From positions 124,001 through 188,000 of the forward strand of contig AP039691.1 of NCBI GenBank assembly GCA_051599415.1: a stretch of 64,000 nucleotides of DNA, in the 5' to 3' direction. Positions 1 through 11,456 of this stretch are shown piece by piece (position 1 is the stretch's first letter; each line of letters opens with the position of its first letter). The position numbers and the translations under genes are program-made. The notes beneath the pieces were generated by a model. It did not search any database, had not been told where the DNA came from, and was given only the letters and a program-made list of their open reading frames with translations. The DNA comes from Savitreella phatthalungensis. Its lineage: Eukaryota.

Positions 1-1277
1 TGCATCGGGTGTATCATGCAGGTCTCATTTTCACCGGTATACGACCTGAAGCACACTCTGATCCACCGCATTCTATCGCGCTTAAATACTCGGATGGACA
101 ACCGAGCCCGAACCGAGATGAAGTTGAACACGAGCGCAGCAGGAGCGAAGGCTACCTACCACCTTAGGCAGACTAAGGCAGATCGTAGTCGTCTGTAAAA
201 TTCAGTAACCAAGAAATCGTCTACTATCATTTGAGGCAATGAGCCCGTTCTCAATTTTCACTCCTGCCACTAAGTCAATCTGGGCAAATCACACTCGGCG
301 AACACTGGCCAACAGATTGCCCCCGTGAGATGCATGTCCAAACTGTCCACACTCGCGATCTCATTCTTCAGAACTCGGTCGGCACCGTGCCCCGTGTGCG
401 TTGAAGAAGACAGGCCAAAATTTGAAGATCATCACTCATTTTCAATCTCCTGCACTCATGAGGAAGCCTCAGGTAAATGATGCAGTGACGTAGATGCATT
501 CTCGTGATCGTCAGCTTCAAAATCGTCGTCAGTCATTTGATCGTCAGGCTGCTCTACCCTCAATTCCAATATTCTGAAGAAAACCATTTTCTCCCGTTCG
601 AGTTATGAAATTCGTGTGCAGGAGCATTTCCTATCTGGTTTCGATGAGTGTATCAGTTCACCTCTCGGAGAGTAATCTCGTCATTTTAACCCCCGAGTCT
701 CAGTCCTTATCCAGATCCGACTAAGGAGTTGGGAATTCATGGCTGCTCACTCGCACTCAACTCCGGTGAATTCGTGGCACTCGAATCTCTCGTGGCTATA
801 TTCAAACTCGACGAAGACACCTAATTTTGGCCCAATCATCCAATGATACGACATCAATCCCCGTGGACCGGGTTGCCTAATCTATTGCACAAAACAGGGC
901 ATTTTTGACTGAGTATCATTATCGTACTGATTCTATAGGCGGACACGGGAAAATTTCCAATTTACCGGCTGCTGGATGGATATTCCAGCAATTCATCACG
1001 GCAATAGCTCACTCAATGCATGTGGAGCATTGTCAGCATATCCATACCTGGCTACCCTGTTTCAGAATTGAGCCCAAGATAGTGCAGCTGACTGACGAGT
1101 ATCCGCGTGGTCAAACCACGACCAGGACATCTTTATCAGCCAGCTTACCAGACACCAACCCATCTTTTCTTTAACTGCTGACGACAACGACGTGCCTCCT
1201 ATTAAGGACGGCGACACAGAGACATCTTCCACAGTCGCTGCGGCGCACTTCGGCGTGCACCGACGGCTAGAACGAGG

Positions 1278-2195
1278 ATGCCTACGATAGAGTTGCAGGT
1301 GCGGAAAAAGCCGTTTGAACGGTTCGTCGTGGCTTACTATATCACACTCAAAGGTCGGAACAGACATTTGAGATGCAATTTCTTTTTCAACCGCATGAGC
1401 AACTGCAGAGCCACAGACTCTATCATCACCTACCTACCCGCATTTCTCCGAGCCAAATTCGGTGAGAGTGCCTATGGAGTCCGGGTCGACAATACGGTCT
1501 ACCGTAATGACGAGGACATGATGCGTGATGCAGGGCTCAAGACCGGCGGCAGCTATTTCGTAGTCTACGAAGACTACACACCTTCGTACGCAGAGGCAGT
1601 CGAGCAGCCACCTGTGTATCAGCCAGCAGAGACGGACAGGCAACGCGCCCCGCGGTATGATGATCCGCTCGTTCATGGCTACATGAAGCCAGCATATTTT
1701 GACCGATTCGTCTACTATCCAGAGATTGCCCTGCGTAAGAAACGGTTCTATATCAGGCTCTCTTTTGGCCGTAAGGCTTCCATCGAGCTCAGCAACGTCA
1801 ATCCTGAGCATGTCGACAGTCTGCGATATCAGCTTATCGAGAAGGCCGGATACAAGGCTCGTGCTCTGCTATTGGACGACGGACGACAGGTGTGCACAGA
1901 CGATGCACTGTGGATGGATGAGATCCAGGATGGAGAGTGCTACAAGGTGGCGTATGTCCAGCATGACCTGATGACAGGACTACCAAAAGTGCCGGAGGTC
2001 CATCCGCTTTACGTCCCTGGACCTCAGCCGAGTCCATCGCCCAGCAGAGAATCCCGCACTTCGCAAGACACAACTATCCCAAGTCGCAGACGTTTCAGCC
2101 ATAGCTCCCTTCGACCGTCACTCTACCGTCTGAGCTCACGCGCCAGCAGAATGTCAGACGATAGTCAGCGCACCCCTGCGGTAAGAGCCAAGTGA
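1278..2195 (+). CDS. Hypothetical protein (305 aa) with two internally similar ~90-aa segments and an S/R-rich tail
   Basis: Long ATG-initiated ORF. Two segments end in similar patterns (VRVDNTVYRNDEDMMRDAGLKTGGSYFVVY and LLLDDGRQVCTDDALWMDEIQDGECYKVAY). No family recognised. Confidence 0.6.
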   Translation: MPTIELQVRKKPFERFVVAYYITLKGRNRHLRCNFFFNRMSNCRATDSIITYLPAFLRAKFGESAYGVRVDNTVYRNDEDMMRDAGLKTGGSYFVVYEDYTPSYAEAVEQPPVYQPAETDRQRAPRYDDPLVHGYMKPAYFDRFVYYPEIALRKKRFYIRLSFGRKASIELSNVNPEHVDSLRYQLIEKAGYKARALLLDDGRQVCTDDALWMDEIQDGECYKVAYVQHDLMTGLPKVPEVHPLYVPGPQPSPSPSRESRTSQDTTIPSRRRFSHSSLRPSLYRLSSRASRMSDDSQRTPAVRAK

Positions 2196-3810
2196 AGCTC
2201 AAAAGTCATATTTTGACGGCTACCTAGGGTCTGCGACGTTCCATGAAAAACCACAAAACGGTCACATCCAACAATTTATGTCCTCCCTGCTGACAAATCC
2301 CACGAACGCCTTATTCTTACCTATTGACGACGCTGATGCCTTTACATGTACATAGCACTATAGATTCAGACTTTTTATCAACAATCGAGATTCTCAAATC
2401 TCATCCACCAAGAAAAGCGTCGTGTGCGAGTATCAGCAGTGGAGCTCGCAGCATTCAATTTGCAGGTTTGACATTTGCCTTTGGAACAAGAAAATATCAG
2501 TGCATGTCAGTAAAATCGACCTAGAAGTCGTGTGCTCAAAATCGTACAAATTGAACAAGAGCATGACTGAACGTCACCATATTCTACCGAGCTCGCTCGC
2601 TCGTTATACTGCTTCCGAACGCCGATGTAGACAAAGTCTGTATTGGCTTTGTCACCCTCGTCAAATTTCGAGAGGCCTGGGGTTGGAGAGGCGAATTTCA
2701 ACAGAAAAGTGAGTATCTCAGTCAGATCAAATTGATTTAGACAGACCACAGATTGTTCATCTTTCTCGGGAAGTTCGAAGCATCGAATCAATACCAAATT
2801 CGTTCTCACCTTTCCACCCAATTCAGAGCTGCCCCTAAGCTGCCAATCTGAACACAGTGACTTCAAATTCAGATCAACCGAGGATGACGTCGTTACCCCA
2901 ACCGTTCAAATTCAGTCTTGGAAATCTGACTGGATTCACATTCAAACCGTTTCATATACGCAAATGTCACGAACTTGACCACTATTAACTCCGACACTGC
3001 GTGACACCACTGCTGTAATGTATCGATGATTAGCTCAAGATATGACTGTCACGACGGAGCGTCCTTCTTTTGACAGGACAGAGACGCTGCCGATGTCACG
3101 TCAGCCTATCAAGATTCATTACAATTGAATTTAGTTGTCCTTTGCGTTCTTCACCTTCCATCTCTTTTGTGCGTGGCTGACTATAGCTTTACGGCAACCC
3201 TTTTGGCAAAAGCCACTATGCGGTAGATCTGCATCGTCCAGCACCTCTCGCTCTCTCTTGCCCAACGAGAGCATACATTAGCTACAATGAGCGACGTGGA
3301 GGACGAGGAAATAGGTCATTACAGGTTCAAGTGAACTCACAGTACCTTTCAGTCATTACGAGCTCTCTACTCAGAGAGGCGCAGCCTCCCAAATATCCTG
3401 GGTGTCCACGGACGCCTCGAAGTCCTTGTTTGCAAGCTCCACTTGATCTCTCATTGACCTAGCAGTAGATCCTCGCTCTATTTGATCGTTCCTGCGCCGT
3501 CAACCACACGAGCGCCTCTGCGGACGACCAGATCTGTAAACTCCACATTCACTTGCGCATCATGATCTCACGGGTGGCATAAACCTCGCATACCTCCACT
3601 GCTGGGACACACTATTGTACATTTGGCAGTGGAAAACATTCTCTCGACCTCTCAGCCTGCGATCAAGATCAACTGCAACAGGCGCAAAACGCTACGCGCG
3701 CACGCGATTCACCATTTCGTATCTTGCCTTTGGCATCATCGACACTCTCAGGTACGTACGCATTCCGCATAGCACCGACTTCGGTGAGGTAGTGAGGTCA
3801 CGCTTGGCTG

Positions 3811-6138
3811 TTGCCCGACATGGATCTCTCTGGTATGAATGCGCAGCTCGACACCTCGATGTGGCCGACACGATCGTACTCGAATCGAGCTGGCGCCGCG
3901 GACGAGCTGAAGAGGAGACTAGATCAGGACTGCGAGCCGACCCCGTGCGATCCAGGCAAACACGAGGGTGATGCAAGTCTAAACCACACTCCGGGCTCTA
4001 GCGAAGCGGACAGCGGGTACGATTCACGTCGCTCATCAGCGACATCTTCGATGGCATCCGAAGACGTTGATCCCGATCGGCCGCCGCCCTCCGCCAACCA
4101 CAAGCATCGCTTTGTGAACGAGCAGGACGACGTGTGCGGCAAGTCACGCGGACCTCAGGCAAAATCCGAAGAGGAGATTCGTCGGGGTGATGACTTTGTC
4201 AAAATTAACTACGACCCGATCGATCCTTACTTGCGTATGTGGGGACTCCCGTTTCCTTACTTCTTCATGCTCATGAGCAGCGTATGCCTGGTCCTTTGGG
4301 GCTGGGCAGCCGCTTACTTCAAATCAGGGGCGCCTTTTCTCTGCTTCGCGCTCTTGCTAGGTAAACCTGGCATGCTTCTAGGCTCCCCATTCGCCGTCTT
4401 CTCCAGTCTGTTTGGCGTCAACATCACATTCGCCCTTTTTCAAACGTCCTGGCTCTTCTATGGCTTCTTCTGCGTCGTTTGCTGGCCTGCGACATTTGTC
4501 ATTCTCCTGCTTCGCAACCGCTGGCTTCAGGTCCGCTTCCGCAACGTACTCCGCAGGATTCTGCGAGACTTTATTCTGCTCGACGATCGTGTTGCCTTCT
4601 TCGATATCCCGCTCATTGAGGTCGACGATGGCGACGTGCCAGTCGTCCTAAATATTCGTGGTGTCACCTGGACACTCAGCACGATGACCTTTCGCGTTCA
4701 TGCCGTGGAGATTGGTGTTCAGATCAACAAAGACATCGCTCTGAGCTTTTCCACGGACAAATTTATCCTCCGCTTGTTCCGGAGCATAGAGGTTGGAGAA
4801 GTATTCTGCAATGTCAGGCGATCCAATCATGATGGGAAGATCGAGCTGACCACGGACTATGAACAAGATCGCGACAAGGTCAACTGCGCTATGGTCGAGA
4901 GGCGATCAGAGGAGCTGCAACGGCAGCATTCGCTCACTGCTACACTCAAGACGAGCAGCAGTAGCGACGTGAAAGACGAGAACACCTATCGGCAACGACT
5001 ACGTGATATTTATGACACCTGCGAAGCACATCGCGCGCGGAGTCGCATCGACCACAAGAAGCGTGACCAGCATGAGATGCGAGCACTGATAGGAGATCGT
5101 CTCGATTCGAAGAAGATTGTGCCGAACCCACCGCGTCAGGCCATCAAATCGAGCACTCTGAAGAAGTCGGTACCACGAGTAGCACTCCGCATTCTTGAGC
5201 TTTGTCCATGGCTTTTCCGTCTCTTCCTTAACCCGATGTCATACAACCATCCGGTACGATTCGAGGCTGTGGTGGTGACCTGCGACGGATCCTTTGCCAA
5301 CGATCTGCTCGACCAGGAATACTTCGACAAGTACAAGGACACACCAAGCAACGAGTTCAGGAAGCTCAAGAAAGATGCTCAGCAGTTTTTAATCGACGGC
5401 AAGTTTCATATCCAGCTGGAAGACATGCTTGGTCTGGCGAGCGTACCGATGCTGACGCAGTATGCGATCATCACTTATCTCAAAAGCCCAAAGATCACCA
5501 TTCTCAAAACAGTTCACGACAAAGCGAAGCAGCAGCCTCAGCCCGGCAAGGTGCATGGCCACCAGCATGGAGACGACATGGTCGACGAGGAAGAAACTGG
5601 AGATGTTCAGGACGTGGCTCAGCTTGGCGGCATTGCATTGACGTGCGAGATCCCTGAACATTTGCTGCCACTGCACGAAGATTTGCTGCCACCGCCTCCT
5701 GAAGATGTGCATGAGCCGGACGTGTCGGAGCTCAACCTGAGCGTCCTCTTGAGTCTGCCGATCAAGCTCAACAAGCAGATGGCCGACTTTGCCATGGCCA
5801 TGCTGAAGATTTCTCAGGTCTTGACGGTCAATCGCCGGGCAAATTCATTGTCGAAAGAGTTTCATTCCGTTGCAGACCTTGCTTCCAACCTGACGAATGC
5901 CACAAAGGAGCAAATAACGAAGCAGCTTGTCGAAGCACACGTCGATGACCAGTGGCTCGCCAAGATCATCGACAAAGCAGTCGATGGTCTGGCAAAGAAA
6001 CACGGTGACTTTGGCTACAGTACCAAAGTACCAGTGGACAGGTCTTCCAAGCGGAGAACAGGGAAGCGCTACATTTCGCGAGTCCGACCACAAAACCAGA
6101 GAGCAACGCACGAAGAGACATCAGCATCTGCGGCTTAA
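3811..6138 (+). CDS. Hypothetical membrane protein (775 aa)
   Basis: Disordered N-terminus, 3-4 hydrophobic helices at about aa 145-235, then a beta-rich region (FFDIPLIEVDD...VLNIRGVTWTLSTMTFRVHAVEIGV). Function not recognised. Confidence 0.75.
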   Translation: MPDMDLSGMNAQLDTSMWPTRSYSNRAGAADELKRRLDQDCEPTPCDPGKHEGDASLNHTPGSSEADSGYDSRRSSATSSMASEDVDPDRPPPSANHKHRFVNEQDDVCGKSRGPQAKSEEEIRRGDDFVKINYDPIDPYLRMWGLPFPYFFMLMSSVCLVLWGWAAAYFKSGAPFLCFALLLGKPGMLLGSPFAVFSSLFGVNITFALFQTSWLFYGFFCVVCWPATFVILLLRNRWLQVRFRNVLRRILRDFILLDDRVAFFDIPLIEVDDGDVPVVLNIRGVTWTLSTMTFRVHAVEIGVQINKDIALSFSTDKFILRLFRSIEVGEVFCNVRRSNHDGKIELTTDYEQDRDKVNCAMVERRSEELQRQHSLTATLKTSSSSDVKDENTYRQRLRDIYDTCEAHRARSRIDHKKRDQHEMRALIGDRLDSKKIVPNPPRQAIKSSTLKKSVPRVALRILELCPWLFRLFLNPMSYNHPVRFEAVVVTCDGSFANDLLDQEYFDKYKDTPSNEFRKLKKDAQQFLIDGKFHIQLEDMLGLASVPMLTQYAIITYLKSPKITILKTVHDKAKQQPQPGKVHGHQHGDDMVDEEETGDVQDVAQLGGIALTCEIPEHLLPLHEDLLPPPPEDVHEPDVSELNLSVLLSLPIKLNKQMADFAMAMLKISQVLTVNRRANSLSKEFHSVADLASNLTNATKEQITKQLVEAHVDDQWLAKIIDKAVDGLAKKHGDFGYSTKVPVDRSSKRRTGKRYISRVRPQNQRATHEETSASAA

Positions 6139-6464
6139 GCGTTCTCCTTCCCATCTTATCGATCTTCAGTGGACATAAGCACTGTACGGTCCATAATCCA
6201 TACATGGAAACCGCATGCACATCACGAGTCGTGTACAGCTCCATAATCACTTTGATGCAGTAGATGAACGTACGTACCCATATGGATATATGCATTATGA
6301 CGATCCGGCTCCACAGCACAGCACCGTCTGTCACTATACAAGGCCTACAGAAAGGACTCGATGATAAAGCGATGCTGTGCTTCATGGCGCTTCAAAGTAA
6401 TCTGCTGTAGCTGCGATTGGGTTTCCTGACTCGCGCGTAGATCATCAGCTGGGAAGCGCCTTCC

Positions 6465-9400
6465 ATGGGAGAGGTTGAGCCGCAGCCATGCCCACCAAAC
6501 CATGGTGCACTCCCGTTCAACTACATGGTTGAACACCTCTTCAACCCGCTCGCCCTGGCATCACGAAGACGCACAACACTATCAAAAGGCGGGCCCTCAC
6601 CACATGAGCTCAAGCGCATATATCTCCAAAAGTTCATTGCGCACTGGCGAAAGCACGTCGGGCAAGACATCTTCCCAGCCTTCAGACTCCTGATGCCCGA
6701 TCGCGATCGCGAGCGCAGCATGTACAAGATCAAGGAAACCTCCTTAGCCAAGCTTTTCATCAAGATTCTTGGGCTCTCTCCACAGAGTGAGGATGCTCAA
6801 TCGATCGAGAAGTGGAAAGTGCCAGGAGTATCGTCCCGAGCATCGGCTGGTGATTTTCCGGGAAGACTCGAGGAGGTGGTCTTAAAGCGCGCCGCTCGCA
6901 CAGAGCCAGGCTCGCTCACCGTCCAAGACGTCAATGAACGCCTTGATCGCTTGAGCGAAAGCTCCAAAGATGCACAGCAAAAGCCTATCCTAATAGACTT
7001 CTACGAGCACATGAACACGGCCGAACTCAAGTGGCTCTGTTGCATTGTGCTCCGAGTCATGAAGATCGGAGTGACAGAGCGCACTGTCTTTGAGATCTGG
7101 CATGCAGATGCGTACAAGCTGTGGTCAAAGTCATCTTCACTCTTACGGGTGTGTCACGAACTTTGGGACCCTTCGTACCGGTTGCCAGACGCAGACAAGG
7201 ATGTGGCGATCTTCTCATGCTTCCAGCCACAGCTTGCCAACTTCAAGAAAAAGGACCTCCCCGACGTCCTCAAAGCCATACCGACGAGACCATTTTGGAT
7301 CGAGGAGAAGATCGATGGCGAGCGGATTCAGTTACACAAGGAAGGCGACGCGTTCAGATACTTCTCGCGTAGAGCGACAGACTACACTTACCTTTATGGC
7401 GCAGACTACGATGGCGGGGCATTGACAAAGCATCTCAAACATGCATTTATCGATGGTGTCCACTCTGTCATCCTAGATGGAGAGATGATCGCATGGTCTC
7501 CGGCAATGCAGGCGCCCATGCCCTTTGGCTCTGTCAAAAGTGCTGCCAACAATGAAAAAGCCGACGCCACAACATCCCTTTCATCGCACCCATACTTCAT
7601 TGTGTACGATATTCTACATCTCAACGGAAAGAACTTGACGACCTCTACCCTTCGAGCGAGAAGGCAGGTGCTAACGAAAATCATCCAGCCCATTGACCGA
7701 CGTCTCGAGGTTATCGCGCATGAAGAGGGCCATACGGCTGCCCAGATAGAGGCTCGGCTGCGGAGATGTGTTGATGAGGCCAGTGAAGGGCTCGTTGTCA
7801 AAGATCCGGCCTCCGCGTACGCGACGAACAAGCGCACAGACGGCTGGATCAAGGTCAAGCCAGAATATATGGGTGAATTCGGGGAGAATCTCGACTTACT
7901 TGTAATCGGTGGATTCTACGGCGAAGGTCGACGTGGCAATATGGTAGCGTCATTTCTTTGTGGTATTCGTCAAGATAGTCAACAGCCATCAAGGACATCG
8001 CAAGCTTCGCAAATGCAGCCTTCATCGCCTTCGAAGGCAGATGACGAGGAGACACCGCGGTACACGACTTTCTGCAGGGTAGGTGGTGGCTTCAACGCCG
8101 CAGACTACGCTGAGATCAAGCATCTGACCGCAGGCAAATGGGTAAAGTTCAACCCGCGTAGTCCTCCGCCACATATCTTTTGTGCTCGCTCGTCTTCCGG
8201 CACGATCATCGACCCGCCAGACGTCTGGATCCGACCGCAGGACTCTTTCGTCGTGCAGCTCAAGGCGGCCAGCATAACGCCGTCCGACACATTCGGCATG
8301 GGCTTGACCTTGCGTTTTCCTCGGTTCGAGAGGCTGCGTCCGGACAAGGACTACATGACGGCTGTCTCGAAAGCAGACCTTCACGACATCAAGCGTCAAG
8401 CCGAACGCGACCACGCCAACAAGCTGATGACGACACACAAGCGACGAGCTACGGGACCAGCGAGTGGCTCCCGAAAACGTCGTGCACTGATTGTGCAAGG
8501 AGGTGAGCTTCTTTCAGACGATGACAATAGCTCAGGTCCTCTTGCAGGACACGATTTCTACATCATGACCAGCTCAAAGGCTTTTAAGAAGAGCAAGCTT
8601 GATCTCGAGCATCTTGTCCGCGAGGCAGGCGGCCGAGTGGTTCAGCGCGATGATCCCGACGTGAATTGCGTGGCCGAGGGCAACACTGTCAAGGTGGCCG
8701 CACTCAAGAAGAGAGGAACGCACGACATCCATACCATCGCCTGGCTTGTCGCACTGTGTCAGCGAGACGGAGCGTTCGACAACTTACCTCAAAGTGCACT
8801 TCGCAGAATAGATAAAGCACGTGCCAAGGATATCACCCGGGAATTCTCAGGCGAGATCTTTCCGCTGCTCGAGTGTTATGAGCATCTCACAGACGACACT
8901 CGTCGGCGTATACTTCGTCACATATCACTCCGCTCCAAGCTATCTGCAAATGATCTGCACGACGATGATGAGATGCTATCGCATGCCCTCGCTATTTGCT
9001 CTTATCTTTCGCGGGAGTATCGTCCTCCAACATTGCTCGAGCGTGCTATGGCCGCCACAACCCATCTCGCCCCCACGGATTTCGGTCGACCGCTTCAAGA
9101 CGACGAAGCAAACGAGACTGCGATCGACGATCTCGACGCGTCCTTACAGCAACTCACTGCCACAGACACCGATCTCTCGCCGATGCACTTATTCAGTCAA
9201 TGCCGAGCTGTATTCTTCTACAGCGAGGGCGAGCTGCCGCAGGCACTCTTCACAGTCCGCGGTGGACAGCTAGTGGACGCCTCGATTGATCATCTCGGTG
9301 GTGCTAGCGTCACCCACATTGTCATTGGACAAGATAACAACAACGACGACAATTCCATTGACCCCCAACAACACCAGCGAGCGCTTGCCCAGCAGATCAG

Positions 9401-9530
9401 GACCAAGCTATCAGGCCGTCCGCGACGGCTATCAGTCACAAGGCTGCCGCACATCGTCACGACCGACTGGGTGAGCGAGTGCTCGATTGCTCGAACACTC
9501 CTCGCGGAATCGAGATTTCGAATCACCTAG
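6465..9530 (+). CDS. LIG4: DNA ligase IV (NHEJ)
   Basis: N-terminal DBD (FPAFRLLMPDRDRERSMY), adenylation motif EEKIDGER, EGLVVK, WIKVKPEY, LRFPRF, and two C-terminal BRCT-like domains (HIVTTDWVSECS). Confidence 0.95.
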   Translation: MGEVEPQPCPPNHGALPFNYMVEHLFNPLALASRRRTTLSKGGPSPHELKRIYLQKFIAHWRKHVGQDIFPAFRLLMPDRDRERSMYKIKETSLAKLFIKILGLSPQSEDAQSIEKWKVPGVSSRASAGDFPGRLEEVVLKRAARTEPGSLTVQDVNERLDRLSESSKDAQQKPILIDFYEHMNTAELKWLCCIVLRVMKIGVTERTVFEIWHADAYKLWSKSSSLLRVCHELWDPSYRLPDADKDVAIFSCFQPQLANFKKKDLPDVLKAIPTRPFWIEEKIDGERIQLHKEGDAFRYFSRRATDYTYLYGADYDGGALTKHLKHAFIDGVHSVILDGEMIAWSPAMQAPMPFGSVKSAANNEKADATTSLSSHPYFIVYDILHLNGKNLTTSTLRARRQVLTKIIQPIDRRLEVIAHEEGHTAAQIEARLRRCVDEASEGLVVKDPASAYATNKRTDGWIKVKPEYMGEFGENLDLLVIGGFYGEGRRGNMVASFLCGIRQDSQQPSRTSQASQMQPSSPSKADDEETPRYTTFCRVGGGFNAADYAEIKHLTAGKWVKFNPRSPPPHIFCARSSSGTIIDPPDVWIRPQDSFVVQLKAASITPSDTFGMGLTLRFPRFERLRPDKDYMTAVSKADLHDIKRQAERDHANKLMTTHKRRATGPASGSRKRRALIVQGGELLSDDDNSSGPLAGHDFYIMTSSKAFKKSKLDLEHLVREAGGRVVQRDDPDVNCVAEGNTVKVAALKKRGTHDIHTIAWLVALCQRDGAFDNLPQSALRRIDKARAKDITREFSGEIFPLLECYEHLTDDTRRRILRHISLRSKLSANDLHDDDEMLSHALAICSYLSREYRPPTLLERAMAATTHLAPTDFGRPLQDDEANETAIDDLDASLQQLTATDTDLSPMHLFSQCRAVFFYSEGELPQALFTVRGGQLVDASIDHLGGASVTHIVIGQDNNNDDNSIDPQQHQRALAQQIRTKLSGRPRRLSVTRLPHIVTTDWVSECSIARTLLAESRFRIT

Positions 9531-9820
9531 ACTACAGTCATCAAAAAGCAGCAGCTGCAGCACAATCGGAAGAAAGAGCGCGAATAAGATCGATTAGGCA
9601 AAAGCAGCTACGAGCACTAGATCAAGCCAGTGTAAGAGTGAACAATGCCCAAGTCGTCGTTGCGCTGTCAAGATGGTTTTTTTTTTTGGTGTCGGTCTTT
9701 GAAAGTGTCCGGATGTTGAAGTCCGGATCGACGAGAATCGAGTTTGTTTTTTGTTGAGAAGTGTTTCGTAAACGGCGTAAAAAAAGAGAGAACAGTCGAA
9801 TGAGCTGAAATCGAAAGTCA

Positions 9821-10369
9821 TCAAGGGTGCTTCGGCTCAGGCTTCGGCGCAGGAACAAACTTGCAAACGATGATCTTCTCCTCCTCGTAAGTCTTCTTGT
9901 CCTCCTCGTACTTCTTGTAGTAAGCCTCGTAAGCCTCCTTCTTCTTCTTCTCAGCCTCTTCCCACTTCTTCTTCTCGTCCTCTTCCCATTTCTTCTTGTC
10001 GTCTTCGGGCTTCTTGGGTGACTCCTCGGGCTTCTTTGGATAGTCCTCCTTCTTCTCTTCGGGCTTCTTTGGATAGTCCTCCTTCTTGTCCTCGGGCTTC
10101 TTCGGGTAGTCCTCCTTCTTCTCTTCGGGCTTCTTCGGATAGTCTTCCTTCTTCTCTTCGGGCTTCTTCGGGTAGTCTTCTTTCTTCGACTCGATGCCGG
10201 TGACGAGAGAAGCAATGAGCTCAGCGTCAAGCGAAGCGGCAGCAGTGCCATCGACCGTCAGCACAGCCGATTTCGTCTTGGTCGGCTCAGGCTTGGGCTC
10301 CTCGCCGCGACGGTTGAGGATGGCCGCAGAGGCGGTGAGAGCAAAGAGAGAGATGGCGAAGAAGTGCAT
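9821..10369 (-). CDS. Small secreted Lys/Glu/Pro/Tyr-rich repeat protein
   Basis: Signal peptide MHFFAISLFALTASAA, a Kex2-like NRR site, and five copies of KKEDYPKKPE(E/D). Confidence 0.85.
   Translation of the reverse strand: MHFFAISLFALTASAAILNRRGEEPKPEPTKTKSAVLTVDGTAAASLDAELIASLVTGIESKKEDYPKKPEEKKEDYPKKPEEKKEDYPKKPEDKKEDYPKKPEEKKEDYPKKPEESPKKPEDDKKKWEEDEKKKWEEAEKKKKEAYEAYYKKYEEDKKTYEEEKIIVCKFVPAPKPEPKHP
10022..10186 (-). repeat. Coding tandem repeat, 5 x 33 bp (KKEDYPKKPEE)
   Basis: Visible in both DNA and translation; copies differ mostly at synonymous sites. Confidence 0.9.
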
Positions 10370-10451
10370 GATTGCTTTTGTTGATGCTCAGCCAAAAAGA
10401 ATTGAGGATGAGAGTGAATTGGATGATGAGAGAACGAGCGAGCGAAGACCG

Positions 10452-10463
10452 CTCTTTATACCC
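10452..10463 (-). promoter_or_regulatory. TATA element (GGGTATAAAGAG) about 85 nt upstream of the repeat-protein gene
   Basis: Canonical TATAAA; near-identical context upstream of the neighbouring secreted genes. Confidence 0.55.
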
Positions 10464-11456
10464 TTCGTCCCTCTGATCATCCATCGTGCGGAAAGGACCA
10501 CTCTCCGACTTCAGGAAAGTTGACGAACTCGTCGATGACGACGATGTTCATCTTTCAACTCGTGGATATCCTGCAGGGGTTCAGGGTTTATTGTGCATAA
10601 CCCTGTTTGGTGGCAAATGGTTCAAGTCCCAACTGTGTCCAAACACTGCAGGCTGAACCATTCCCTGCACATGCATGCACGCGATAAATAATCGAGTTTG
10701 TTTCAAATTTGCATGCATCGAACGAGTTCGATTCTCTCAATTCCATCACGCGGATTCCTGCATGTTAAAGTCAGCTGCAATTTGTGGTGGCGACCGAGTC
10801 ATGGCTCCTGCAGGGAAGCATGGAAATTCACATGGGATCCAGGATTCCCAGGAGAGGATCAAGCATCTCAGGGATCAAAGAATCCGATAGACGGTGCAAA
10901 GAGTCTCTCTTCTCAACAGAGGTGCAGCTCGCAGGCAACAGTGATTGCCACTAGTCAGCGTCCTGGTTGAGTTGCTTTTTCCCAAAATAGCTCGCCCTTC
11001 CCACTTTCCTTCGTAGATCGCTCCCCAACCCCAAAAATATCGACATGATCGCCATCGTCATCGTCATTGTCATGGCACGCGGGTCGCTTACACCCAAGCG
11101 ACTGGCATCTCTCAATCACCTAAGGCTATCGTGAAAACTGCCAAACCAGGAAGTTTACTTATTGACTGAGTCTCTCACGCAGGTGCAGATGCAGATCTAA
11201 ATCGAATGAGATCAGACGGTGCATCGTGCATGATCCACATGTCATCTGTAGGAGACTTCACATTCACTTACTTATCCACTTGACACGCGTGCTCACAGCC
11301 ACGTAGACAGCAAACACATATGGGTCAAAACTCCTGAGACGGAAAACAGACTCAAACAAACCCAAGATGACGTGATTGAGAGATATTCATTCGCTTGTGA
11401 GAACGGAACTTGATAAATCTCTCTAAGCTGACTACGATCTGATGACGAAGGTAGCC

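Noticed and set aside
2200..3800. Short ORFs or a possible decayed gene in the long intergenic stretch
   Set aside because: No recognisable motifs and no consistent exon structure.
9622..10251. Arg-rich protamine-like ORF (209 aa)
   Set aside because: Alternate-frame shadow of the KKEDYP repeat gene, which has the signal peptide and TATA.
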